From: a virus
Taxonomy: Duplodnaviria; Heunggongvirae; Uroviricota; Caudoviricetes
Virus record (IMG/VR): IMGVR_UViG_3300042363_000940
DNA length: 64,000 nucleotides
Reading direction: 5' to 3' (one strand)
In this document: piece by piece, positions 46,915 to 57,300 of the stretch
Layout: every line of letters starts with the position of its first letter
How positions within the stretch are numbered: position 1 is the stretch's first letter
Notes under the pieces: generated by a model
The model's input: the letters and a program-made list of their open reading frames with translations, nothing else
Databases searched by the model: none
What the model was told of the DNA's origin: nothing
Program-made: the position numbers and the translations under genes

Positions 46915-48012
46915 ATGGAGTACGATTATCTAATAGTTGGTGCCGGTTTCTTCGGTTCCATATGTGCCCACGAATTAACTAAGTCAGGTAAAAAAGTTTT
47001 AGTTATTGATTCAAGAGAACACATCGGTGGCAATTGTTACACCGAGAATAAAGATGGTATCAATGTTCAAGTATACGGTGCACACATCTTCCACACATCA
47101 AACAAAGAAGTGTGGGATTGGATTAACCAATTCGCTGAGTTTAACAACTATAGACACCATGTGATTGCCAACTACAAAGAAGAATTATATTCACTTCCTT
47201 TTAGTATGTGGACATTCAATAAACTGTGGGGAGTTAAGACACCTCAACAGGCGAAAGATATGATTGCAGAACAATCAAATGATATTGAAGAACCGAGCAA
47301 CTTAGAAGAACAGGCAATCAAACTTGTAGGTAAGGATGTTTATGAAAAACTCATTAAGGGTTATACTCATAAACAATGGATGAAAGACCCCAAGGAATTA
47401 CCAAAGGAAATCATTAAGAGGTTACCAGTTCGTTTTACCTATGACAACAATTATTTCTTTGACAAATATCAAGGTATCCCAATTGGTGGTTACACTCAGA
47501 TTTTTGAAAAGTTATTAGAGGGAGTTGAGGTTAGATTGGGTGTGGATTATTTTAAAGGTAGTTTACCTAAACATAACAAAGTAATATTCACAGGACCAAT
47601 CGATAAGTTCTTCGGTTACAAGTACGGTAAGTTAGAATACAAAACAGTTAGTTTCGAACACCAGTATTATAGTTCACCAAACCTTCAGGGTGTCCCTGTA
47701 ATGAACTATACTGATGTGGATGTACCATTCACTCGTATCATTGAACATAAACACTTTGAGGGTTTAGAAACGAATGGCTCGTGGATTACATATGAATACC
47801 CACAAGAGTATGTGGCAGATAAAACTGACCCATATTATCCTGTGAACGATAAAGAGAACAATGAAATGTTTTCAAAATATAAAGAAGAGGCGGAGAAAGT
47901 TAAGGATTGTGTATTGTTTGGTGGAAGACTTGGTGAATACAAATACTATGACATGCATCAGGTTGTCGAATCAGCACTAAACTTTATTAAAAAGGAAATC
48001 GATGGAAATTAG
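46915..48012 (+). CDS. glf: UDP-galactopyranose mutase
   Basis: YDYLIVGAGFFGSICAHEL...KKVLVIDSREHIGGNCYTE...VYGAHIFHTSNKEVWDWINQF aligns with Glf along its length. Confidence 0.9.
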   Translation: MEYDYLIVGAGFFGSICAHELTKSGKKVLVIDSREHIGGNCYTENKDGINVQVYGAHIFHTSNKEVWDWINQFAEFNNYRHHVIANYKEELYSLPFSMWTFNKLWGVKTPQQAKDMIAEQSNDIEEPSNLEEQAIKLVGKDVYEKLIKGYTHKQWMKDPKELPKEIIKRLPVRFTYDNNYFFDKYQGIPIGGYTQIFEKLLEGVEVRLGVDYFKGSLPKHNKVIFTGPIDKFFGYKYGKLEYKTVSFEHQYYSSPNLQGVPVMNYTDVDVPFTRIIEHKHFEGLETNGSWITYEYPQEYVADKTDPYYPVNDKENNEMFSKYKEEAEKVKDCVLFGGRLGEYKYYDMHQVVESALNFIKKEIDGN

Positions 48013-49105
48013 TTTTGTACTTGCGGTATTCAATAAATTAGACCTCACCAAGGATTGTTATAAAAGACTTCGTGAAATCTATCCCGATGCACCATTAGTA
48101 ATCAGTAGTGGGGGTTCAACAGATGGTACCAAAGAATGGTTAGAGTCTTTAGATGACGATAATCTTTCATTTGTTCACGATGATGATAGGTTAACCTTCT
48201 CAGAAACGTATAATGCTGCAATTAAGATTGTAGATACGGAGAAACTTGTCCTTATTCACAACGATATGGTCATTGGGAGACACTTTCTCGAGAATTTGAA
48301 TAGATTACTCACACCAGACACTTTGATGTGTTATACGACCTTAGAACCACCCATTTTTGCTGGTCACCAAAGACCCGGTAAAGTGATAATGGACTTAGGT
48401 AGTTCGTTCCACGATTTTAAATGGGAAGAATTTGATTCATATGTTGAAGAGAATAAGAACAACTGTCAGATATATGATGGTGGTGTGTTCTTTATGAGTG
48501 GTTATAAGAAACTATTCGAGGATGTGGGTTACTTTGATGGATTTAGTTTTGTACCAGCGTTTGCTGAGGATGATGACTTCTTAATCAGAACCAAACTGAA
48601 GGGATATAAATTAAAAACCACATCATGCGCAATCACATATCACTTTGTTTCACAGACTTCTCGTTTCAGTGATGATTACAAGAAAGATAGATTTAAGTAT
48701 GAGGTTAACTCAAATAGAAACTTTGTTCGTAAATGGGGCATATCAATTCCATCATTCAATGAATTAAGATATTGGGAGGATAATCTATTTGTTTATAAGA
48801 CTTTCACCATGGGTTTAACCACTCGCAGTCGAGCAAGGTTATTTGAGATAGAACCGTTCTTCGATAAAATCGATTTAGGGACAATTCCCGAGGATTACAT
48901 CGAGAATGAACAGAAGAATACTCGTTATGATTTAAGGTCGAAATTTGTCCTTACAGATATCGTAGATGTGATGGTTTATGAAGTTCAACCAATGACTGAT
49001 GATGACATCTACACGTTACAGAAATTGAGGTTATCAATTCCATATTATGAACCGGGTGAATACCAAGTAGGTTCATTAAAGATAGAAATAAGAAAGGGGG
49101 TATAA
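48002..49105 (+). CDS. GT2-like glycosyltransferase (candidate galactofuranosyltransferase)
   Basis: ISFVLAVFNKLDLTKDCY N-terminal GT2 pattern; directly coupled to glf. Confidence 0.55.
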   Translation: MEISFVLAVFNKLDLTKDCYKRLREIYPDAPLVISSGGSTDGTKEWLESLDDDNLSFVHDDDRLTFSETYNAAIKIVDTEKLVLIHNDMVIGRHFLENLNRLLTPDTLMCYTTLEPPIFAGHQRPGKVIMDLGSSFHDFKWEEFDSYVEENKNNCQIYDGGVFFMSGYKKLFEDVGYFDGFSFVPAFAEDDDFLIRTKLKGYKLKTTSCAITYHFVSQTSRFSDDYKKDRFKYEVNSNRNFVRKWGISIPSFNELRYWEDNLFVYKTFTMGLTTRSRARLFEIEPFFDKIDLGTIPEDYIENEQKNTRYDLRSKFVLTDIVDVMVYEVQPMTDDDIYTLQKLRLSIPYYEPGEYQVGSLKIEIRKGV

Positions 49106-49124
49106 ACCCCCTTTTTTTATTCGT
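49096..49124. terminator. bidirectional rho-independent terminator between convergent genes
   Basis: AAGGGGG-TATAAA-CCCCCTT with a T-run on the plus side and an A-run on the minus side. Confidence 0.55.
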
Positions 49125-49590
49125 TTGTTTCAGTTGGTTTTGATACCAATTGGAATAAGATTGAATAGTTGTCGGTAGTATCACCGGCGTTCTCCAAATC
49201 CTCTACTGTCAACGGAGTGTACTCAACTTCTTTCTCCTCGTTTAACAACTCACCGTATTCTTTTTGGAAATCGATGTATTTTGGATTTAACTCACGAGAA
49301 ATAACTGCATCGTTCTCATCTTTCTGTTCAATGAACATACCGATTTGAATTCCACCTTTACCATCGTCTTCACCATGTTTTTGGATGATATCATCACGAA
49401 GTGTTTCAACTGACTTGCGTTCTGCAGACAATCTCTCACCAAGTTCTGTCAACCAATATTTGGTTTTAAGTGCTAATTTATGTTTTCTAAAACCGATGAA
49501 AATTTCTTTTCCTGTTTGTGGATTAACCAAACCGTTAATCTCACTCTCCAATTGTAGGATTTCTCCAAGTTTAAGCGTTCTTTTTGCCAT
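49117..49590 (-). CDS. hypothetical protein (157 aa)
   Basis: ORF. Confidence 0.5.
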   Translation of the reverse strand: MAKRTLKLGEILQLESEINGLVNPQTGKEIFIGFRKHKLALKTKYWLTELGERLSAERKSVETLRDDIIQKHGEDDGKGGIQIGMFIEQKDENDAVISRELNPKYIDFQKEYGELLNEEKEVEYTPLTVEDLENAGDTTDNYSILFQLVSKPTETNE

Positions 49591-49645
49591 AATTGTTTAA
49601 TTTGATTTTTATTAATTATACATTTAATTTTTTAAATTGTCAAGT

Positions 49646-50365
49646 CTATTTCCCCAATAATTGAACTTTTGTTACCCCCGTCATCTTATCTTTTAATAAG
49701 GTTGTTAGATTCTTATCCTTTTCAATATTGATTGACGATAATTTTGAGGCAATGGTAATTGAGATACCTTCACCAGATGCAATAATCTTACCTCCATTGA
49801 TTAGACCACAATATTCTTTTGCGACTTGTAATTTTTCATAGATGTTATAAAAATGTTCTTGATTGAAACCATTTTTATTAATGGCAATAAAGTATTCCCA
49901 CAACATCTCAAGTTCATTATAACTCGGATACAATACATCTATATAATTTTTATAGTGAATCCACTCGTGTTGAGTCAAATCCATTTCATCCACATATTCT
50001 TTTTTGATTGGGTGATTAACCAAGGTATCAATATATGATATACCCTCTTTAAATGAATATGATTTTAAATCATCTAAGAATGTGTAATCGGAAATCTCGG
50101 TATCGGCATCAATCAGTATTGAGATGTCGTGATTTTTAAGAATGTATTTTGGAAGTATCATTTTATCATGATACGATTTTTGGGACCTTTCATATGGAAT
50201 TACATGAAGGTATAAAGAAGTTAAAAAGTCTTTAAAGTATTCGGGGTTATCAGTTAGAACGTAACAATGATAACCCCCATTAAGAATTTGTTTTACCTTA
50301 TCGGATGTGATTTTATAATAATAATCTTCACCGAAACAAAAAATTCCAAATCCTATATTGTTCAT
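49646..50365 (-). CDS. hypothetical protein, possible DXD glycosyltransferase
   Basis: ILIDADTE motif; weak. Confidence 0.45.
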   Translation of the reverse strand: MNNIGFGIFCFGEDYYYKITSDKVKQILNGGYHCYVLTDNPEYFKDFLTSLYLHVIPYERSQKSYHDKMILPKYILKNHDISILIDADTEISDYTFLDDLKSYSFKEGISYIDTLVNHPIKKEYVDEMDLTQHEWIHYKNYIDVLYPSYNELEMLWEYFIAINKNGFNQEHFYNIYEKLQVAKEYCGLINGGKIIASGEGISITIASKLSSINIEKDKNLTTLLKDKMTGVTKVQLLGK

Positions 50366-50394
50366 AGGATATAATTTAAGGAAAAAATTTTAAA

Positions 50395-50547
50395 TTACAA
50401 AGTGTTAGATAAGAAATTTGCGTAGTTTGTTGCGGTCTCTTCCTCACCAAATGGTTCGGTTGTCTCCAACACACCATTACGTTTAAATTCAACATACCAT
50501 ACGTTACCATTTTGGTAAACTCTTACATCAGTTATAGTGTTCATATT
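50395..50547 (-). CDS. small hypothetical protein (49 aa), paralog of the next small ORF
   Basis: MNTITDVRVYQNGNVWYVEFKRNGVLETTEPFGEEETATNYANFLSNTL; shares the pattern IY..N..WYV....G....P..E..A.N(F/Y) with 50578-50691. Confidence 0.35.
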   Translation of the reverse strand, partial: NMNTITDVRVYQNGNVWYVEFKRNGVLETTEPFGEEETATNYANFLSNTL

Positions 50548-50577
50548 ATGAATTTAATTTTAAACTAAAATTAATTG

Positions 50578-50691
50578 CATGTTGTTCTTCCATATATGGA
50601 TTACTTATGATAGTTTCACCGTCCTGTATGTATTTTACGTACCAACAGGTGTTTTCTAAATAAATTTCTATGTTATCGATTTCTGGCATAA
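50578..50691 (-). CDS. small hypothetical protein (about 47 aa)
   Basis: MPEIDNIEIYLENTCWYVKYIQDGETIISNPYMEEQHAINFSLKLNS. Confidence 0.35.
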
Positions 50692-50693
50692 TA

Positions 50694-51068
50694 TTATGAA
50701 TTTATATCAAATACAGTTAATGGTCTTTGAACCACAATCCATTGTTGATTAGTTTCATCCCAAATTGCGGCCTGAGTGTTTGTAATCGATGGTCTCTCAA
50801 TTGGTGAATCCCAACATTTTAATTCAGTATTAATAACCCAAGAATTGTAAGGTTTTGGAGGTAAGAATACATCTAAAACCTCATTGTATGTGAAACCAAC
50901 ACCAGCGAACATTCCTCTAATGGTTCCATTATAAGATGTTTGAATCCATCTTCCACCTAAACCTAAGTCAATCGATAGGTATTCCTCACCTCTGTGTTCT
51001 TCCTCATTAGGAACAACTAAAACTTTGGTTACAACGTTATTTAAATCTATTTCTGCAAAATGTGCCAT
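50694..51068 (-). CDS. hypothetical protein (124 aa), structural-block neighbour
   Basis: ORF. Confidence 0.5.
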   Translation of the reverse strand: MAHFAEIDLNNVVTKVLVVPNEEEHRGEEYLSIDLGLGGRWIQTSYNGTIRGMFAGVGFTYNEVLDVFLPPKPYNSWVINTELKCWDSPIERPSITNTQAAIWDETNQQWIVVQRPLTVFDINS

Positions 51069-51072
51069 ATTT

Positions 51073-52740
51073 TTATTTGTATTTATATCTAATTATTACG
51101 ATACCACTTCCACCATTTCCTCCTTGGTTATTTCCATTGTAATGAGAACCCCCGCCACCGCCACCACCGGTGTTGGTACCTCCATTTCCTCCCGGAACGT
51201 TTGCCCATGAACAACACGCACCGTATGCTCCGGGTACTCCCCACATGATTGAATCTTTTCCCCCTTCACCTTGTCCAAGAGCACCTCCACCCCCGCCACC
51301 ACGACCTCCATATCCACCCGCATCATTTGAGTAAGCGGAACCTCCTCCGCCACCGCCCCAATAATATGGTCGGCCTAATATACCTGAAAATTTACCTGAA
51401 CCACCGTTTGGTCTTGAAGGTGAGTTGGTACCAACTGCACCAGCACCTCCACCTCCACCTGAATAGTATTGTCCACCACCTTGACCACCATTAAATCCTT
51501 GACCCGATATTCCTGTACCTCCACTTCTTATATTTCCATCACTATATCCACTTGGTGCCCCTCCCGAACCACCATTACCTGGTGTACCGTAGTTAGGGGT
51601 ATAACCATAATATGAACTTGCTCCAAATCCACCACCTGTGGATGTTAACCCTAATGCAGATGAACTATCACCTTGGGATGCACCTATTTGAAATTGATGA
51701 AATTGTGGTTGTCCCGGTGTATTTGCTGCAGGTGCTCCCGCACCACCAGCCCCAACTGTTATGGTATAAGTGGTTTGATTTAAAACGGTTCGTCCCGATA
51801 AGACACCTCCGCCACCTCCTCCGCCGCCCATGTCCATACCTCCACCGCCACCACCGGCAACGATAAGATATTCCACTTCCAATAATGAAGCGTCGGCAGT
51901 TGATGTGATTGCGAATGTACCACTACTATTAAATCTGTGAACTCTCCATTCACCCACTTCGGTGATAACACCACCAGTGGCAATTACTCTATGATGTTTA
52001 AATGAAGAACCTGAAGTGTTTATTGTTAAGGATTCTAATTTGTTTTGTCTGTTATTATCTAATAAGTTTTGTATTGTTGGTTCTGAACCATCACATAAAT
52101 CAACTCGTGGGTCAAAAAATTGTAATCGTGTTGTATTGTCACCGCAATAGTAAAGATAAGTTCTATGATTTAATCCATATGTACTTGGTCCTGATTTACA
52201 ATCACTACCAATATTACAACCATTAATACTTCCAACTTTTCCTCCTGTTGTTGTCCAAAATCCAGTATCGGGGTGTCCACCCAATCCTTGTGGATAGTCA
52301 AATGGAAAACAATGACCAACAACTAAGTACCATTGGTCTTGTGTTAAACCTCCCGAACCACCACAATGCCAATATGGGTTACACTCCTCGTTTCCGTCGG
52401 ATAGTCTTATAACACATTGACCAATACCATTTGTACCTAAATAAAATGTTCCACCAGCACTAACGGATGTTCTTTTAACCCAAACAGAATGTCTATATAA
52501 TTTTGTGTTGTCGATATAAAACCAATCGGTGTTCCATCCACCGTCGGGGTTTCCATTACCTGATGGTCTTGTTTCCCAAACAACGGCGGAATTACCCCAC
52601 GGGTCGGTACCAACTACTCTTGCATTCTCATCGCCATTTTCATTGGCAGAAAAATTACCAAGGGGTGTGGCAAAACTACTTGAACCCGTTGTCCAATCGT
52701 TTCCCGTTATTTTACTCGATGTTTTATAATATACTGGCAT
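51073..52740 (-). CDS. glycine-rich structural protein (555 aa)
   Basis: Globular N-terminal about 250 aa followed by about 300 aa of poly-Gly low complexity (GGGGGGMDMGGGGGGGG..., GGSGG repeats). Confidence 0.7.
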   Translation of the reverse strand: MPVYYKTSSKITGNDWTTGSSSFATPLGNFSANENGDENARVVGTDPWGNSAVVWETRPSGNGNPDGGWNTDWFYIDNTKLYRHSVWVKRTSVSAGGTFYLGTNGIGQCVIRLSDGNEECNPYWHCGGSGGLTQDQWYLVVGHCFPFDYPQGLGGHPDTGFWTTTGGKVGSINGCNIGSDCKSGPSTYGLNHRTYLYYCGDNTTRLQFFDPRVDLCDGSEPTIQNLLDNNRQNKLESLTINTSGSSFKHHRVIATGGVITEVGEWRVHRFNSSGTFAITSTADASLLEVEYLIVAGGGGGGMDMGGGGGGGGVLSGRTVLNQTTYTITVGAGGAGAPAANTPGQPQFHQFQIGASQGDSSSALGLTSTGGGFGASSYYGYTPNYGTPGNGGSGGAPSGYSDGNIRSGGTGISGQGFNGGQGGGQYYSGGGGGAGAVGTNSPSRPNGGSGKFSGILGRPYYWGGGGGGSAYSNDAGGYGGRGGGGGGALGQGEGGKDSIMWGVPGAYGACCSWANVPGGNGGTNTGGGGGGGSHYNGNNQGGNGGSGIVIIRYKYK

Positions 52741-52747
52741 GTCTTAT

Positions 52748-53536
52748 TTATATTTTAAAACGAACTCTTCCGTTATTAAAGTTTTGTGTTATTTCAGATT
52801 CTGTTAGTGCTCGATTATATATATGAACCATTGGAATATATGCATCCATAAAGTGATTACTATTTACACAACCAACAAAAAATTCATTGGTTGGGGTTCC
52901 CCCAACTCCAACTGCAGCTTTAGAGTCAACTAAAACACCATTTACATATAATCTAACATCACCACCTGAGTCAAGTACAAATCCGTTATAATACCAAATT
53001 CCAGTTTCAAAAGTATAATTATATAAACCACTGTTATTACCCGCACCAGCATAAAAATATCCCTGACCTCCATTTTGAATACCAAGATACGTGTAACCTG
53101 CAGCGTCTTGTGTTCCGGTAAGTGAATAACCACCCGTACCGTCTAAATTTTTATATTTAATCCAAATAAAATAACTTCGAGCACCAGATGGTCTAATTTG
53201 ACTTCGACATTTAGAACTCAATGCCGATTGAAAGTTAGCACTACCATTACCTTGGTCATATATGATTTGTGCTCCCGATTCAATAGTTGCATCGTAACCG
53301 TAACCACTCATATCTCTCCATATTGTGTTACAATTGACACATCCGGGATTTGATGAATAATATTGACACCCATAACCACAATCATAATAATTGGACGTAT
53401 TTTTAAAAGAATAATCATTGGCCGCGTCTAACCATAAGGTAATTCCTCTAGTTACTAATTCGGGTGGATGTATCGTTGTACCCGTTGGGCTAAAATCATC
53501 CGCACCTAATACGTTACCTCCAATTGCTATTGACAT
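52748..53536 (-). CDS. LamG/concanavalin-A-like domain protein (putative distal fibre or receptor-binding protein)
   Basis: RGITLWLDAANDYSFKNTS resembles the LamG_3 (GLVLHLDA...) pattern. Confidence 0.6.
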   Translation of the reverse strand: MSIAIGGNVLGADDFSPTGTTIHPPELVTRGITLWLDAANDYSFKNTSNYYDCGYGCQYYSSNPGCVNCNTIWRDMSGYGYDATIESGAQIIYDQGNGSANFQSALSSKCRSQIRPSGARSYFIWIKYKNLDGTGGYSLTGTQDAAGYTYLGIQNGGQGYFYAGAGNNSGLYNYTFETGIWYYNGFVLDSGGDVRLYVNGVLVDSKAAVGVGGTPTNEFFVGCVNSNHFMDAYIPMVHIYNRALTESEITQNFNNGRVRFKI

Positions 53537-53552
53537 ATTATATTAATTATAG

Positions 53553-54323
53553 TTAAAAATAGTTATTAACTGTAGCGTTATAGTTCTCTAAAATTTCATA
53601 TGGATTTAAAATTCTATTGTAGAGACTAATCATTGAAATGTCGCCCCAATATTGACTTGCATTGTTAACATCATTTTGTGAACCATTGTTGTATGCACCT
53701 ATGGAACAAAATCCGTGTTTAAATCTTGAATTTATACTACTAATACTACCACGTTTAAAACTCGCACTATCGTTATATCCAAATTCATAATAAGGTGCCT
53801 CCGTATCAAAAAATCTCCAAACCATGAAAACCCACGATGATGGGTAACCCGGTAAACTCTGTTGACTAAATCCTGAATTGTTAAAACCTGTTCCATTTGT
53901 GTTATCGTACATTCCAATGTCCCATGCACCCGATTGTATAATGACATGGTGGTCTTGTCCTGAACTTAAACCCCTAAGTAATGTTCTCCATTCCGCAGTA
54001 CTGTTTTTAACTCTAGTCCAAAGACAGATTGTCACATTACCTGACACAATTAAATCCGAACTCTGTTTTTTTGCACAACCATATGAACCATTAAAGTCCA
54101 TATATTTAATTGCGGTTGCTGAATTAAACGCCGATGCATTTATTTCAAAATTATTTCCGAGAGGACTTAAATCAAACCACGTTGTTCCACTACCAGGATA
54201 TGAATCTTTATCGGTTGCATCCAAATGTAGTATCAATCCATCTCTATTATATTTTTGTTTAAAAACTCCTGTTGATGTAATATCGGTACTAGTGATTTCA
54301 TTATTTTTTAGATATAACGCCAT
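53553..54323 (-). CDS. LamG/concanavalin-A-like domain protein
   Basis: DGLILHLDATDKDSYPGSGTTWFDLSPLGNNFEI is the signature of phage LamG-like jellyroll domains. Confidence 0.7.
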   Translation of the reverse strand: MALYLKNNEITSTDITSTGVFKQKYNRDGLILHLDATDKDSYPGSGTTWFDLSPLGNNFEINASAFNSATAIKYMDFNGSYGCAKKQSSDLIVSGNVTICLWTRVKNSTAEWRTLLRGLSSGQDHHVIIQSGAWDIGMYDNTNGTGFNNSGFSQQSLPGYPSSWVFMVWRFFDTEAPYYEFGYNDSASFKRGSISSINSRFKHGFCSIGAYNNGSQNDVNNASQYWGDISMISLYNRILNPYEILENYNATVNNYF

Positions 54324-54324
54324 A

Positions 54325-57300
54325 TTAAATTTCTTCCAAAGTTATGCGGTATTTCTTACCATTTAAGTTATTGATTATGTATAGGTTTTCATCACCCTCT
54401 TGGATTGTCCACGTACCACTTGTTCCGTCAATATCGTTACCTTCGGGTTTATTCATGTTACTTAGGTGTAAGTCATTCGTGTAAATGTTTCTCCAACCTA
54501 ATGATGCTGAACCCAAATCGTATGCGTTATTTGTGGTTGGTAAGAAGTGTCCTGTTGTATTCCAAGAACCATATATTGTACCACCATATGAACCACCATA
54601 GTTCACTCTAACACCCCATCCACCGATTTCATTTAATATTCCAATACCCGCAGCGTCCCAATAGAAACTACCTTTGTAGGTTCCTTGGTGACCCAATCTC
54701 ATTCTTATTTCACCGTAAGATGCGTTTGTAGAACCAACTGTCCAACTTGCGTTGTTTTCTGAATACCAATGGTTATTCGTAGCCTCATTATAAAGACCTT
54801 CATTTACCTGATTATTTCTAAACCAATTGTTGGCATAAATGTCAACAAATGTTGGTGAGTTACTAGTTGATACTCTTTGATTCTCTAATGGTTGGAAACG
54901 AGCATCTGACTCTGTTTCTGTAAAGTATCTGTCGTCATGAGTGTGTGATGACTCAGCGTATTTTCCATCGATATCAACTGTTACAGTTCCACCGTCATTT
55001 CTTGTCATGGTGATAACACCGGTTGACGTATTGAATGTTGCTCCGGTCACATAATAGTTTGTATCGACATATGATGTGATGTATCCACTGTTGTTTGTGA
55101 ACTGAGAAATGTTCATTGAGGTTAGTGCACCTGCGGTGGTTGCATATGTTGCGGTTGCCGCATTTCCTGATGTGTTTTGGTTCCACGTCGGAACTGTTCC
55201 AGTTAATCCACCATAATCAACATTGGTTGCGGTGGACGCGTTACCTATAAAATTACCACTATTATCAATGTAAGATACATCGGTTCCGTTTCTTCTAAAC
55301 TGAACAATTCTATCCGAAGCACTGTCAGATACTATATACCATCTTGCTGAGTGATATTGTATTTTTCCTTGTGTACCTGGGTCACCCGTCCAGTTAGAAG
55401 TAGAATTACTTCTTATATCGGTATTTGTTATTGTTATAGTACCGGTCATTGTACCTCCACCTAAAGGTAGATAAGAACTTAACGAAGATGCCGCCGCGTA
55501 GTATGAACCATGTTGACCATCTAATAAGTCGGCATCAAGTCCCGAACTCGCTCCGTCATTTCCTGCGTGCCATACTGTGTTACCTCTAATAGTTACGGCA
55601 CCTGCATTATCTATCTTGAAATCATTTAGACCATATCTACCCATTACAACTGTGTAATCGGCAAATGCCTCAATCACAGGTAAACCTGAAATTGTGTTAA
55701 CCGAGAAGATTGAATCGGTCATGTCATCGGTGATTGTAAACAATCTACCATTAACACCATCAACGGTCAATGCCTCAGTTCCGGCAACCGTACTATTAAC
55801 CTTAACAGTTTTTAAGTTTGAGGTACTTGCTGGATTTAAGTAATAATTTGTGTCGTTACTATCGTAGTAAATTGGTGCATATACTGCAGTTGTAACGTGA
55901 ACGTTTTGTGAGTTATCACAACGTAACGACCAGTTTCCACCTGTGTTTAAGAAACCAATTTCATTTGAGGTGTTTGCGTATATATAACCTCTTAATGCAC
56001 TTACGTGACCACCCGTGTAGAACCTAATACCAGAATAAGTTGTGGTACTTGACATATCCCAATATCCATTTGAATTTGAGGACAAGTGCTGTGTTGTTAC
56101 CTCATTATAAAAACCGTCGTTTGATTGGGTATTTCTAAACCAATTACTCGCATAAATATCGGTACCGGTTATTGTTCCAGTCACACCTAAATTACCTGAT
56201 GCATCTAAAGTTGTTCTAACATTACCATTTACAATTAAGTTTAATGGATGGTTTGACATTGTACCCATTTTACCCGCTCCGTTTCCGGTGTGGGAATACA
56301 TGGATGTTATGATTCCGTCACTTACTGAAACAACATCAAGTCTTGCATGTGCCGTACCTGCAATGTTTACTCTTGCATTCCAACCACCATCATTTGAGAC
56401 GCTACCATGTCCATCACCAAATTCATTATATGAGTTTGAGAATGTGTTTATTCCCGAGAAACCATTATCTCCCGAAAATGTGAGGTTGGTTGAAGTACTT
56501 GCACCTCTTGCAGTTACAGACGCTAACGTATCTGTTTCAGAATACGATTCCAAATATCTACCATCAATATCAACAGTTACAGTACCACCGTCATTTCTTG
56601 TCATGGTGATAACACCAGTTGATGTATTGAATGTGGCTCCCGTTATATAATTGTCAGTTACTGTTTCAGTTGCTGTCGATAAACCTATAACGTGTCCAAA
56701 ACTATCTAATAATATATCTTGAATGTAAGTTCTTCCTGAGTTGTCGGATGAAGATGCCGCAGCCACCGATGGGTGAGCAGTTAAATAAGTACCAAGTAGT
56801 TGGTATCTTCCATCCAAATTAGGAACAGTCACCGTACCACCGTCATTTCTTGTTAATGTGATAACACCAGTTGATGTATTGAAGGTTGCACCTGTTACAT
56901 AATAGTTTGTATCGACATATGATGTAATATAACCACTGTTGTTTGTGAACTGAGAAATGTTCATTGAGGTTAGTGCACCTGCGGTGGTTGCATATGTTGC
57001 AGTTGCCGCATTTCCACTAATATTAGTTTGGTCTCCAGTGTTTGTTCCTGAAGAAGAACCACTAAAGTTTGACGCTGTAAATGTTCCGGCAATTTGCATA
57101 TTACCATTACCCACATTTAATGCAGCAATTGGTGTACCACCATCAGTTCCCCAAGTAAATCCTCTAGTTGCCCCATTACTATCAATGTTGGTCTTTATAG
57201 AATAATCGGTAACCGGACCATAATGATATTCGGCACTGTTACCCATGTGGATTTTATATAAATCAGAACCTCCCCAGAATTTTAATCCATTACCAGCACC

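Noticed and set aside
51096-51983. Several plus and minus ORFs (51096-51353, 51249-51494, 51612-51866, 51780-51983, 52002-52226, 52503-52826) rich in His, Leu or Val
   Set aside because: Alternate-frame artefacts of the GGN-rich repeats encoding the poly-Gly tail of 51073-52740
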